From positions 310,001 to 374,000 of the forward strand of contig MCFH01000029.1 of assembly GCA_002104945.1 (NCBI GenBank): a DNA stretch of 64,000 nucleotides. The letters are read 5' to 3'. Under the pieces are notes generated by a model. That model searched no databases. It saw nothing but the letters and a program-made list of their open reading frames with translations, and was not told the DNA's origin. The position numbers and the translations under genes were made by a program. This DNA comes from Piromyces finnis finn (Eukaryota > Fungi > Neocallimastigomycota). Of the stretch, positions 1 through 32,295 are shown piece after piece; position 1 is the stretch's first letter; each line of letters starts with the position of its first letter.

Positions 1-14
1 AACATTAAATAAAA

Positions 15-1390
15 ATGTCAAAGGAAGAAAGTAAAAATGAAATTCCAAAATTAAAAGATTTCATTTTTGAAAAATTATTAAGTGAAGGTATATATAAATT
101 TATAATACAATGAAATGAATAGAAATTAATAATGTAAAACCAAAAGATAGATAATTTTATATTAAAATTAATTAATTGGTTATAATATATATATAAAGAT
201 ACTAAGGCTCATCGTGTTTTTTTACTTGGAAAATTTAAAAACAGTAGTGAACCAGCAATTTTAAAATTAGAGAAAACACATTTTTCAAAGGAAAATCTTA
301 ATAACATTAATAATTATTTAGAAAAGGAAACAGTATTAGATCATAATGATATTTATACTTGGCTTACTTCTAATATTTCTGGTACATTTAAAGATCCTCA
401 TTTACGTATTCAAATTATTTATCCAGCAACGTCTTTACACATAAAAAAGTATTCTGAACAACCCCGTGTAATTATTAATGAAACCCCAGAACAATATAAA
501 AATATAGTTTTACCATATATAGAAAGTTTACCACCTGAAAGAACAGCTGTGAATATATATTTTTTAAAAAAATTTTTTTTATTTTCAAATATTTTTTATT
601 ATTATTAACATTAATATTAATATTTAATAAGTGGGTTGAAAATATTCTTGAAGGTCGACAAGAAGCTGATAGTCTAATATATAATGATAAGGACTCAGAA
701 ACTGGTTTTATTATTGTACCAGATAGGTAAATAAATTTATATTAAATTATGAAGTTTTATAAAAACTAAAGAAAAGTTAAAATTATGTAACTTTTTATAA
801 TAAAAAAAAGTAAATGGGACAGAACCTTAAATACCTTATATGTTCAATGTATTGTGCATAAAAGAGGTATTCGCTCTGTAAGAGATTTAAGAAGAGAACA
901 TCTACCATTACTTAGAAAAGTATATGAAATAGCTACTACTCTTGTACCAAAAATATATTCTACTGAGTCTGAAAAAATCACAGCTGATCAATTAAAAATA
1001 TATTTCCATTATCAACCATCATATTGTAATGCTTTTCTCTTTTCTTATTTTTAATTAATTTATACATAACTTAGTTTAATAAAACTAACAATTTTTTAAA
1101 ATATTTATTTTTTATTAAATATTAATACCATTGTTTGTTATGTTTTGAAAATTTTAGACCATTTACATATTCATATTACACACATAAATGTAGATGGGGT
1201 AGGCTTATATTTAAGAGATGTTATTGATAACATTACAATGGATGATCAGTTTTATGCTAAAAAGACTATAACATATCAACTTGGAAAGAATCATATCCTA
1301 TATTCATTATTCGAAAAAGCTTATAATAATAAAAGAATTTGTGAATCAATAGAAAAAGAAGAAATTAATAAAAAACCAAAATTACTATGA
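15..1390 (+). CDS. DCPS: Scavenger mRNA decapping enzyme (m7GpppX diphosphatase, HIT family), 5 exons
   Basis: Manual splicing at GT-AG sites gives MSKEESKNEIPKLKDFIFEKLLSE...IIYPATSLHIKKYS...PDSKWD...FHYQPSYYHLHIH. The HIT motif and the FHYQPSYY segment are typical of DcpS/Dcs1. Confidence 0.93.
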
Positions 1391-1998
1391 TTTTGAGAAA
1401 GTTGTTTTTTAATTATAAAAAGAATCATAAATAATAAAAATAGCTTTGTTATTTCATTATTATTTTTTATATAATTAATTTGCTTATTTTACTATTAAAA
1501 TATATTAATATATTTAAGTATTCAAACCAAATAAAAAAATACTAATTATTAAGGGTTAGAATAAATATATATACAGTTTTTTTTATAAATATTAATAATA
1601 ATAAATTTATTAATAATAAATTTGATGCATAACTTTTGAATGATTATTTAATAAATATATCCTTATATTTTTTTTTATAAAATTTTTTTAATATTATAAT
1701 ATTTAGAAATATCTTTTTAAATAAATTATAATTATAATTAAAATAAATAAATAAATACTTTAAGTGATAAGAATAATTTCTAAAATAAATTTCATTCATA
1801 AATTTTTATTAGAAATAAATTTTACATATTAAAATTAATGATTAATTATTCAAAAATTAATGATTGCAATTCCATTCAATATATATAAAATATATCTAAA
1901 GTTAAATTATTCATTACATTTACATTTAATTTAATTTATAAAACATACTTTTTTTTTTATTGAGAGAATAAATTCAGGAGAATTTTTTAAATTAAATT

Positions 1999-3526
1999 AT
2001 GCAGGCGGGAGGTTCTATTAGGTAAAATAATATAAAATAATATGTAAAAACATTTTATCTTTTATATTATATTCAAACCTTTTTTTTTTTTTTTATACTG
2101 AAAAATATGTTAAAATTAATTTTATATTATTTAATTACTTATATATGTTATCATAATTAATATAAAATTATCCAGAGAGTATATTGATGCAAGGAAAAAA
2201 GGAGGAATAACATGGTAAATTCAATTTAATATTAAATAACAATAGTTAAAATCATTAACATACAAAAATAATATTATAAAAATAAAATAAAATTCATGAT
2301 ACATAATAAATCATTATCATTATCATTATTAATATAATTATTATTAATATAATAATTTTGAAGTATTTATATTAATCTTTAAAATTATTATTTGCTTTGT
2401 TATTAAATAAAATATTCGAACAAATAAATTGACAAGTATTTACTATTTTTAATTTTATCTATATTTATATATAAAATTTTTTTATTAAAAAAATGTTATT
2501 AATATTTTTAAAAGGGATGAATTACGTGCAATTAAAGCAAAAAAAGATGATTCTTCTTTTAATGAAAACCAAATGTTAAAGTACAGAGAGCAACTAGATG
2601 AAGAAAGAGATAGACGTTTGAAAGGATATGGTATAGATGGTGAAAAGAAAAAGAAAAAAGATAATAAAAGAAAAAGAAGTAGTAAAGATAAAAAAAAAGA
2701 TAAAAGAAAAAAAAGATCTAGACATAGTAGACATAGAAGACATAGTAGTAGAAGACATGATAGTAGCAGTGATAGTGACAACAGTTATAGTTCAAGTGAT
2801 AGTTCAAGTGAAAGTTCAAGTGATAGTAATAGTGATAGCGATGAAAGATCTCATAAGTACTATAGAGGAAATAATAATAAAAATAGTTACGATCGTGAAC
2901 ATAATCATAAAAATAAAATGGATATTATTTCACAAAAGAATGAACAAGGTAAAGAGGAAAATAGAAATTCACCATTAGATTCTATACGGCAAGAAAATAA
3001 GATTAATAATGAACAAGATTCTAATATGAAAGTAGATAGTAAAAATGCCATAAGTTTAATGGAAGAAGTAGAAGATGGTGAAATTATATCAAAATCAAAG
3101 GAATCTTTATCTAAAGATATCCAAAAGTCAGAGCACAATTCAAAAAAAAAACATCATAGAAGTAGACAAACAAAAACTAAATATGATACAAGTTCTGACT
3201 CTGACTCTGATTCATCTTATGATTCTGATACAGAATCATCATATGATTATAGTAGATCAAAAAAGAAAAAGAATTATGTAATTATTATCTATTATTATTA
3301 TTAATTAATACAAATATTTTAAATATTATATATTATAACGAAATTCTAAATTATTCTTAATTTTAAATATTTCAAATTTTAGAAAAAACGTAGTCATTCA
3401 ATAGAAAAAAGAAGACATCATCATCATCACCATCATAATAATAATAATAAAAATTCATCTTCAAAAAAAGATAAAGATGAAATGGCTCCACCTGTGCAAC
3501 TTTCTAAATATTTAGGAAGGCATTAA
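1999..3526 (+). CDS. FAM133-like Lys/Ser/Arg-rich nuclear protein, 4 exons (1999-2021, 2176-2214, 2515-3277, 3383-3526)
   Basis: All junctions keep frame: MQAGGSIREYIDARKKGGITWDELR...MLKYREQLDEERDRRLK, then K/R/S-rich low complexity and C-terminal PPVQLSKYL. This resembles the FAM133 N-terminus as I remember it. Confidence 0.6.
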
Positions 3527-3590
3527 TAGTTTTTTAATTAATTTCAATTTTATTATAAAATTTATTTCAAATTTTAGATTTTAAAAATTG

Positions 3591-3624
<34 letters not shown>

Positions 3625-4162
3625 ACATTACAAAATATTTATTAATAATCAATAAAAAATTAAAATCATTTATATATATATATATAATAAAAGATATATT
3701 GCAGAAAATAATGTCAATAAGTAAAAATAAGTTTATTTTTTGTATGAATATTTGATATCAATAATTTTAAAATAAAAACTAAATTGTCATTAAATCTTGA
3801 AATTTAGCAAATATTTTAATAATCAAGTTATTAAATATAAAAATTTGCAATTTAATTCGATATTATTGCCATTTCTATGTAATTATATATTAAAACTTTT
3901 AAACGAAAAATTTATTTTATTTTATTTTACTTTATTTATTATTATTTTTTATTACTTAATTTTGTTATTTTATTTTGCTATTTCCCATAATTGATAATTG
4001 TTTGAATTATTGTTGATTTTTATGTACTTTATTTTTATATATATATTATGATAATTATTTATTAAAGTGATGAATGATTTTTTTATTTATACATTATTAT
4101 TAATATGTATTTGTTTTTTTTTAAAAAAAAATTTTTTTGTAAAATATTTAGTTGTTATATAT

Positions 4163-5968
<1,806 letters not shown>

Positions 5969-6610
5969 TTTGATTAGTATTTCTTTTAATTAAATGATTT
6001 ACTATTACACATATATTAAATTTATTCGTGCAAATGTGTATGTATTTTTAAAATAAAAAGCATTAAACAATAATAATTTATAAAAATAAAATTTTAATTA
6101 TTTATTTTTCAAATTAATTGATAAATGTTAATTATATTCTATAATACTATATATTTATTATTGATAATTATGTTTTACAGATTAACTTATATAATTAAAA
6201 TATTACTTTCTTATTTTTAATTTGTTTTTTATTTTTTTAATTTTTCTACTTTTGCTTTTTTATACAGAAATATAAAAATTTGAAAAAAGAAAAAAAAAAT
6301 TGTTTTATTTAATATAAAAAATATAATTAATTAATAATTATTTCATAATTAAATTTATATAATTTATATAATTTATATTAAATTTATAGTGTAATTAAAA
6401 ATGTAATATCCATTTTTTATTTCTATTTTTTATATCCTTTTTTCTTACATTTAATTATAAATATGTATGTATTATGTATACATATTCAAGAAATGTTTCA
6501 ATTTATACAGAAATATATAATTATAATTTATTTAAAAATCTTTAAAAAACCTACAATTCTATTAATATATACATGAAAATAATTGATAAAAACTTTTCTA
6601 TATTTAATAA

Positions 6611-8543
6611 TCAATTTGAACTTGATGCATCATCATCACCATAATCCTGGCATATTTGATTGAGTGCATTGCTGTTATTGTTTGATTGATCATTGTTTTT
6701 ATGTTCCATTTTATTATTAGATTTCTTATTAATCCCTATATTTTTTGATAATGAAATTTCTTTATAAAGTGGAATTACTTGCGTCCTTTGTGTATACGGA
6801 ACTAATATAGAAGTAGAAGAATTATCTTTGTCATTATTATTTTTTTGTTGGATATTAATTATATTCATTTTTAAATTTGCAAGGGATTTTAATTTTGCTT
6901 CTCGTTTTGATTTTTTAGAATTTTTATATATGTTCATATTACTGTTATTTTTGCTAGTATTCTTTCTTTTCTTATTATTATTTTCAAATATTGATGAACT
7001 TTGAATTTCTAACTTTCTTTGGTTTGATTTATCAATTGTAGTATCTATTTGTTTTATATATTAGATATTAATATATTAGTATCTTTATACAATTTTTTAT
7101 TATATAATAATACTATTATATTAATTATTTACAAATACCTCCTTTAAATGCTTGTTTTGCCTTCATCTTATCTTCTTCTATTTCTGGTAATATTTCAATA
7201 GATAATAAATGTTTGTCTTTGAACTCTTGGTCTATTTCTTTCTGTTGATTTTCTTTTTTTTTTCTTTCCTTTATTTATTTATTTATTTATTATCTTTATT
7301 ATTATTATATAATGTTTAATTTATAAATTATATTTTATCAAAAACTTACTCTAAAGCTCTTTCTTATAATATATGAAGAAGTATATGGATCTTTCCATTG
7401 TCTTTCACTAAGATTCTATTTATTTCTATAAATTAAAAAGTTTTTCTTACAAAATATATATATATATTTACTTTTTAATTAATATCAATATATATATAAT
7501 AATTACTTGTAATTGAGTTAATAATGGAATTGATTCTTCAGCTTTTTTCTTGTTTTTCAATTCATTTTCTAATTTATAAAAAGCATTTGATTCAAGTACT
7601 TCTTTTTCCTTTTCATCTATTTTAATATAAATTTTAATAAATACCTATAACTATAGTATATATAATTATATTTTCTTTTACCTGTTAATGCAATTGAACC
7701 ATTTTCTTTCGGATCCCAATCTTCAAATTTTCTTCTTGCACCACTTACAATAACATATTCAGTATTCTAATAATATAATAAACATTTTTAATTACATTTT
7801 TAAAATACTTAATTTAATAAAGTTACTAACCTTTGGATCTGTATGAATTTCAATCCAATTACTACATAAATGACATTTCATTCGAAAACTAAAAATTGGA
7901 GTTGAATAATACATTCCGATTTTTTTCTTTTCAGCATTATATCTGTTTCCTGTTTATTTATTTATTTTTTTAAAAAAATAGAAAAAAAAAAAAAAAAAAA
8001 AAAAAAAAAGAAAAAATATATATACAATAATAAGTTAAAACAGTTTTATTCTATTTTTGATATTCTTGTCAAATCAGACTCTTACCTTGTGTAATATAAT
8101 TACTACACCCTTCACATTTTATATTATAAGGAAGTTCAAAACTAATATTTAATTAAACAAAAAAAGAAATAAAATATACATTAATTTATATTTAATTGTA
8201 TTTAATTATTATAAATATCTCAATTTAATTATAATATCTAATAATAAGCTTTATTATTACTTTCATTTACCGAACAATTAAAATTCCTTGCTCTAGTTTC
8301 CTTGCTCTATCTCTATATGGATGTTGCCCGACATATTTATTAATAGAACCCTATTTAGTATTAATTAAAATACAGAATGTAGTAATAATAAATGATTGTC
8401 CATTATATAAAGTTAAATACAGATATTTAAAATAATGATTATTAAAATATACTTTTAATATTAAATATTAATAAATATTAATATACTTTTGAAGGATCCC
8501 AATCTGGTGGATAATATTTATTTGTAGCTTTTCTTTCAGCCAT
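6611..8543 (-). CDS. YJU2B: Splicing factor YJU2B/CCDC130 (CWC16 family), multi-exon
   Basis: [17 protein letters not shown]...[25 protein letters not shown]...RYNAEKKK...FRMKCHLC; both CxxC pairs are intact. Confidence 0.92.
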
Positions 8544-8703
8544 TTATTTAAATAATTACTTTAAAAAAGAAAGAAGCAATATCATTATAATATTATAATT
8601 ATTAATAATAATATTAAATATTAATTAAATTTGTGCATTAATTGGAATTTTATTTTAATAATAATTAAACTTAATATATTTAAATTATTTAAGAACGAAT
8701 AGT

Positions 8704-8751
<48 letters not shown>

Positions 8752-9328
8752 TTTTAACTTACATAAATATTTCTTTTTCTATAATTAAATTATAAATTTG
8801 TATTTGTAATTTATTTAATTTTATTATAATAAACGAATAACCTCTTATCCTATTAATAAAAATATATTCGATATTACCGATATTACATAAATAAGTCAAT
8901 AATAAAATAATAATAAAAAAGAAGCTATTACTATAGTTTTAACTTTTAACTTTTATTTTATACTTATTTATAAGAAAAGAAATAATAGGTAAATATAAAG
9001 TATACAAGTATTATTTATTTAATTTCATTTAATTACAATATTTAGCTTTATTATATTTTTGTTTTTATTAAATGATTAATACACAAATAATAATAAATAA
9101 ATGAAATTAAAAGGTAAATTATATGAATTTGTATTCTTAAATATAATTATAGATTTAATTTTTTATTTTTTTTTAAATTATTAAATAATATAATATTCTT
9201 TTTTATTATACTATTTAATATAATAAAAGAATATTGAATGAATATAATAAAAATTATAAAAACTTATATATATTAACTTTATTGTTTTTATAATTTTATT
9301 TCAATAAATTTTAATTGATTAAAAAGAA

Positions 9329-10996
9329 ATGAATTGTTGGGATTTCTTTTTATTTATAGTTATGGTCACATATATTATTATGTGTCCATACACCAAAGTC
9401 GAGGAAAGCTTTAATCTTCAAGCAACTCACGATATATTAATTTATGGAGTAAAAGATATTTCTAAATATGATCATTTTGAATTTCCAGGTGTTGTTCCAA
9501 GAACATTTGTTGGATCTTTAATTTTATCAGGTATGGTTTATCCATTTAAGAATTTATTATTTTTCTTATCAAACGGAGTCAGTCAAGAAAAATACGATGT
9601 TATTTTTGGATATGTAAATAAATATCTTTATAGGTACATTCCAAATTTCCCAAAAACAATCAACCCTGAAATATTCCAAAATAAATTTATTCTTCAATAT
9701 GCAACACGTATTGCTTTAGCATTTTTGGTTGTTTATTCTTTTTCAAAACTTCGTAAATCTGTAGAAAAAACATGGAGTAAAGAAGCTGGTAATTTTATGA
9801 TCTTATTAACTTCTGTACAATTCTATATTCCATTTTGGGGTTCACGTACTTTACCAAATACATTTGCTTTAATATTTACTAATATCGCTTTGTCATACTG
9901 GATATTAAAAACTACAAGAAAGAAAACTACTAATAGAGAAAATAGAATTTATGAAAGAAAGAGAAGCTATTTGGTTATATTTATTCTTACATTTACTACT
10001 GTTGTTTTTAGAATTGAAATTGCCTTATTAGCTATTCCAATATTCCTTTTAGAAATAAAAAATAAAAAAATTACTTGGATACGCTTAATCATTATCGGCT
10101 TAATATCAACTTTGATTTCTATTGGTATTACTGTTGGAATTGATTCATATTTCTGGGGAAAATTAATTTGGCCAGAGGGTTCCGTTTTCCAATTCAATAT
10201 TATTAATAATGGTAGTGTTAATTATGGAATTTCACCATGGTACAATTATTTAACTATTCACATTCCAAAATTATGTACTATAGCAATTCCATTTGCTTTA
10301 TACGCTTTTTATGAAAAACCAAGAATTAGACGTTTATTAACACCAGTTATATTTTATGTTTTAGTATACTCATTTTTACCACACAAAGAAACAAGATTTA
10401 TTTTTTACATAGTTCCGCTTATTAATATTGCAGGAGCAGTTGGTTTATATTATATTCACAATTCAAGTGTATACTCAGTTACAAAAAAGTTAATTTACTA
10501 TTCAACTATACTTTTAATTGCTGTAAATTTAGTTATTTCAGGTTTAATGGCTTATATTTCATCCTTCAATTACCCAGGTGGTTATGCTCTTAAAGCTATG
10601 AATAAACTTGAATTACCAAGTAAAGAAATTAAGCTTCATATTGGTGTTTTCTCTGCTCAAACTGGGGCTTCTAGATTTGGACAAATTCATAATAAATGGA
10701 TTTATGATAAAGATGAATCTTTACAAACCCGTCAACAATTTATCGATAAGAATTATCAATATGCTTTAGTTCTTCAACCACATTTTCATAGTAGTAAACA
10801 ATGGGAAATTGAAACATCAATTGATGCATTATTAGGCGTAACTTTAACAAAAGACTATAAAAAAATTATTGAAGATATTAAATCATGCATTGCTGAAAAA
10901 AACATAAAAAAATGTATTCCATTTAAAATCCACAAAGGCAAAAAAATATATATTATTAAAAGAAAACCTGAAACACCAGTTGTTATTGAAGAATGA
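9329..10996 (+). CDS. ALG12: Dol-P-Man alpha-1,6-mannosyltransferase Alg12 (GT22), single exon
   Basis: 555-aa ORF with [54 protein letters not shown] and AQTGASRF motifs plus multiple TM segments. Confidence 0.95.
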   Translation: MNCWDFFLFIVMVTYIIMCPYTKVEESFNLQATHDILIYGVKDISKYDHFEFPGVVPRTFVGSLILSGMVYPFKNLLFFLSNGVSQEKYDVIFGYVNKYLYRYIPNFPKTINPEIFQNKFILQYATRIALAFLVVYSFSKLRKSVEKTWSKEAGNFMILLTSVQFYIPFWGSRTLPNTFALIFTNIALSYWILKTTRKKTTNRENRIYERKRSYLVIFILTFTTVVFRIEIALLAIPIFLLEIKNKKITWIRLIIIGLISTLISIGITVGIDSYFWGKLIWPEGSVFQFNIINNGSVNYGISPWYNYLTIHIPKLCTIAIPFALYAFYEKPRIRRLLTPVIFYVLVYSFLPHKETRFIFYIVPLINIAGAVGLYYIHNSSVYSVTKKLIYYSTILLIAVNLVISGLMAYISSFNYPGGYALKAMNKLELPSKEIKLHIGVFSAQTGASRFGQIHNKWIYDKDESLQTRQQFIDKNYQYALVLQPHFHSSKQWEIETSIDALLGVTLTKDYKKIIEDIKSCIAEKNIKKCIPFKIHKGKKIYIIKRKPETPVVIEE

Positions 10997-11177
10997 TTTT
11001 ATTAATATTTACAATATTTAATTTCTAAAATATTTAATTTCTAAAATAATAATAAAAAAAATAAAAATCATTATATTATTATTAATTAGTATTATTAATA
11101 TTCGTCATGTAACTCTTTTTCATAATTAATAACAATATTTTTTTTTTAAATTAAATTTATTCCTTCAATAAAATACC

Positions 11178-11228
<51 letters not shown>

Positions 11229-11340
11229 AAAAAAAAAGAAAATATTAATAGATTATATTATTTATATTATTTATATTATATTTAGTTATTTATAAAATAT
11301 ATTTATTAATAAAAATAATTCATTAATTTATACATATAAA

Positions 11341-11464
11341 TTATTTATTAATTTATTTATTTATATATTTATTTATTTATTTATTTATTAATTTATTTAT
11401 TTATTTATTTATTAATTTATTTATTTATTTATTTATTTATTAATTTATTTATATATTTATATAT

Positions 11465-11531
<67 letters not shown>
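11341..11531. repeat. (TTTA)n microsatellite between the convergent ALG12 and TRS120 3' ends
   Basis: Directly visible imperfect tetranucleotide array. Confidence 0.95.
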
Positions 11532-11747
11532 CTTTATTTTTAATGTTATTACTATTTCTTTTACATAATTCTATATATATTAAATGTAAAATAAAAAAAA
11601 TAATAATAATAAAACAAAAATAAAAATAAAATTGGAAAAGAAAAAAGAATAATTATATCAGAATAAAAAGAATTTTTATGTTTTATTATTATTATCTATA
11701 AAAATTATATTTATAAAATATGTTTATTAAAATAAATATTTTAATTA

Positions 11748-17889
<6,142 letters not shown>

Positions 17890-19163
17890 TTTGTTTAAAC
17901 TTCAATAATAATGATGATGATGATAATAATAATAGTTTATTTATTTATTTATTTAGTATGATATTACAAAAATAAGCAAAAATAATAATTATTATATATA
18001 AAATTAAATCAGCATTATCTAAATTTATTTTTATTTACAGTATACAATTATATATTAATATTCTATATCAAATTTATTAATAAAATTATTGTTTATTTAT
18101 TATTTATATTTTTCTAATTGATTTTAATTCTAAAAAAAGGAAAAATATATATTTATATTTGAAAATAAATTCATTTTATCTTTTAAATTGTAAAAGTTGA
18201 TTTTTGTTTTATAGCTACCGTATAAAAATAATATAATAGTAAGTATTATTTTAAGAAAAATAACCATTTATAATTAATTAATTCTAGACAAATTATATTA
18301 ATATTTATATTTATATTTATGTTTATGTTTATATTTATTATTTATTTTTTTTTTTTAATTCAAATCCATTATTTATATATTAATAAATATTGCTTATATT
18401 TTATATATGGAATTTTAAAATAATGTTATAGATTGTTAAATGAAAAATCTTATTTTTATACATTCTTCAAATAATGAATGAGCTCAATTATTATTTTTCT
18501 TTTTAAAGTTTATAATCATCAAGTTTTTTAATAAAATCTTGAAATTTTGCTTAAAACAAAAAAATATAAAATATTAAATAAAGTTTAAATATTAAAGAAA
18601 TTATTTATTTATTTTATTATTTTATTAATACATATTATATTAAAAATCAATAATTCATTGCTTATAAATATTATAGGTATTATCCAAATTATTGTATAAA
18701 GTTTGATGATTAAATCATGTTATTTTCATATGATTGATATTCAATATTAACTAATAAAAATTTTAATTTATATACTCATATACATATTTATTTATTTATT
18801 TGTTTGTTTATTTATTTATTTATTTATTTTAATTCATTTATATATAATATATAATGTTTCTTTTTTTTTTTTTTTTAATTAATTTGGATTATTTAAGGAA
18901 TTTATTCTTTACTATTTCAAAAGTTTAAATAATTTGAAATGCTTAAATATAATTAAAAATAAAATCAATAATAAATTTAGATTAATAATAATAATATTTT
19001 TATTGCTTGATAATATAAAATTAAATAATAGATTATTATAATTTATATCATTAAATAAAATAATTAATTAAAATATAATTTTTATATCTATAACTAAAAT
19101 ACAAGTATATGTAATGACAATATATATAATGATAATTAAGTAAATAAAATTTTATAAAATAAA

Positions 19164-29239
<10,076 letters not shown>

Positions 29240-29926
29240 TAATATGTTTTAATATACCCATATTTTAATTAATATTAATATTTTTTAAATTCATATACTC
29301 TCTATATAAGATTTAGATATATACATAACTATTAATATTTTTATTTTTTTTTTTTGTCATTATCATTTCTATTATTAAATATTTATTTATTAAAACCGTA
29401 TTTATTTATTAACATTTTTAATATAGATATTAGATTTTCAGTAATAATTTTTTTATTACTATATTAATAATTTAAATTGTATTTAATGAATACTAATTAT
29501 TAACTAATAAAATAATACATTCTAATTAATAATATAATTATTATTATGTTTATGTTTATGTTTATTCTAAGGTATCACCATACATTATAACATGTTATTT
29601 AAAATTGAGTATTTACTTTTCCTTTTATTTTAACACTAGCTACATTTCAACTTTCATACATTCAATATTGATTTTTATTCTCTTTAAATATTTTAATAAT
29701 ATAAATAATTTACTTAACTACCTTTTATTTGCCTTTATTATTTTTTGTTATTAGATAATCTTTCTTTACCTTTTTCTTTTTGTTTATTTGATTAATCACG
29801 AATCCAAACACAAATTTCTTTTTGATATTAGTATGAATAACAAATTAATACACTTTACATCAAGTAAAAAATTTAAAACTAAAAATGAAAATTACAGTTA
29901 ATATAATTCTATAACATTTTATTTAT

Positions 29927-30753
29927 TTATTCTTGACTAACTGGGAATTCGAAAATGGCCTCCTTTCCTGTTAATTTCTTGTAAACAGTTGAGAAAGTTT
30001 CAAGCTTGTATTCTAAATATGTACTGTCTTTTTTGTCGAGGAATCTTTTATTTTAAATATTATAAATATAATCATTATTTTATTTAATTTATTTTTTTTC
30101 TTTTTTTTTTTTTTTTTTTTTACATTTAAAAATATAAAGATAATACATATAATCTATATAATAAAATAAATAAACTTACATCTTAATAATTTTAGAACCA
30201 TCAACTTTAATCTTTGTTCTCTTACCAACAATTTCAGTTGGATATACAATATCTTCAAGAATATTTTCATGGACTTGAATAAGAGTTCTAGATCTTGGAC
30301 GAGCTTGTTTAACACGACTACCCTTAGCTGGCTTTTGCATAATTCTACGTTGAGCTACAAGTAAAACATGACTATCAGAAAATTTCTTTTCTAATTCACG
30401 AATAAGACGTGATTGAACCTTTTGAAATTGTTTAAGAAGTGGAACTGGAACAAAAATAACAATAGCTTTTCTACCATGCCCAATTTCAAGCTTTTTATAA
30501 TTAATTTATATGAATTAATTATATTTTAATATAAGCAATATAAGCATATATATTATATTATAAGATAAAGTATTTTTAATTTAATTTTACGTTTGATAAT
30601 TACTTCTTTAGCAGCACTAAATTGTAAGCCTTTAAGATCAGCCTTTAATTCAGTAATATTTTTTTCCATATCACTAATACATTGGGCAATCTTAAGTTCA
30701 AGTGCATCTGGTTCTTGACCAACAGGTTTTATAATCTTGTTATTTATAGACAT
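29927..30753 (-). CDS. RPS7: 40S ribosomal protein S7 (eS7), 3 exons
   Basis: [19 protein letters not shown]...[15 protein letters not shown]...QRRI...[24 protein letters not shown]...[14 protein letters not shown]. Confidence 0.95.
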
Positions 30754-32295
30754 TTTCACTTTAATTATTTAAACATATACATATTAATAATTATAATATA
30801 TTTATTTTAAGAATTCATTATTACTATTATTATTGTTATTACATTAATATCAATTGTTATATATATTAAAATTATACCCAATTAATTAAAATATATATTA
30901 TTTAAAAAATTTTAAATAAAAAAAAAAAAGGAATGAGGACATTTCAAATTTCGAATTAAAAATTATTCATTCACATTAAACAATAATAAATAGAAAAAAA
31001 TATGAATAAAAAAAATAATAAGAAGAAAGATAAGAAAAAAAGAAAGAAAGAAAAGAAAAGGAAGGAAGGAAAAAATATATATATTAAAAAAAATAAATAA
31101 TTTTTTTATTAAATTTCGAATTAATAGTTATTTTAGAAATTAAAAATTTTCTTTTTCTTCTTTTTCTTCCTTTATTTCTTTTTTTTTTTTTTTTTTTTTT
31201 GAAATTTTATTTTCAATTGGACATTCCAATAATTAATTATACACTTCATTATCTTAAAGTTGTGGACATTTTATTATTATTTAAAACATTTTTTTCTTTT
31301 AACATTTAAATATATAAATAAAAATTTCTTTACATTTCATTTTATTTATTCAATTTTTTCTTGCTATAACATTTTCACCATAAAAAATAAAAACTTAATA
31401 AAAATTTTTCATTCCGTATATATATTACCTCCAGTTTCAATTATAATAAAAATAAAGAGGAAGTATAATTTATATTTGTAATAAATTGAATAAAACATAT
31501 ATTTTATTTATAGTTTTTATAAAACTATCCAATCACTATTATATTATTAGGCCACCGTTTATATAATAGAAAAATTTTGTAAAAAAAATTGTAATTTTAA
31601 ATATGTTTTAAATGTAGATCAAAATTTCTTGTTATATGTTGTACATAAAATTAAATAAACGTATCAATAATAAATGATAATAAATAATAATTGTTTATTT
31701 CTTTCGAAAAAACAAATAGAAGTAAAATTATTATTAATAAATAATAATAAATGCAATTTTTATAAAATTAATATGTTAATAAATAAAATGATTAATAAAA
31801 TATATTATGTATATTATGTATATATTACAAAATTATTTAATTTATTTATTCATTTTTGTAATTCCAATTAAATAAATTATTATTACAAAATTCTTTTTAT
31901 ATTCACTTTAACAATTCAAATAACATTTGAAGAAGTTTCAGTTAATATTGAGTTAAAATTAAAATAATTAAAAATTCTTTATTAAATAAGGTAATATAAT
32001 AGTATAATAGAAATATCAGTAATATTTAATTTAATAATTAAATATTTAATATAAAAATATATTATAAATAAATTAATTATAACAACATAGTGATTTAATT
32101 TAAAATGATGCTTTTTTAATGAAAACAGAATATTAATAAAATTTCAATTAATTAATATTTAATATAGATAATATTTTTATATGTTTATATAAGTATATAT
32201 TTAGAAGAATATAATAATACAAATATTGATATTAAATACAATAAGATTTAACTTAATATTAAATAAACAAATTGAAAATTAAAGTCAAAATAACA

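Noticed and set aside
1175-1240. Loop after the DcpS HIT motif looks a few residues shorter than in yeast or human
   Set aside because: Variable loop and the catalytic motif is intact; I cannot judge it without an alignment.
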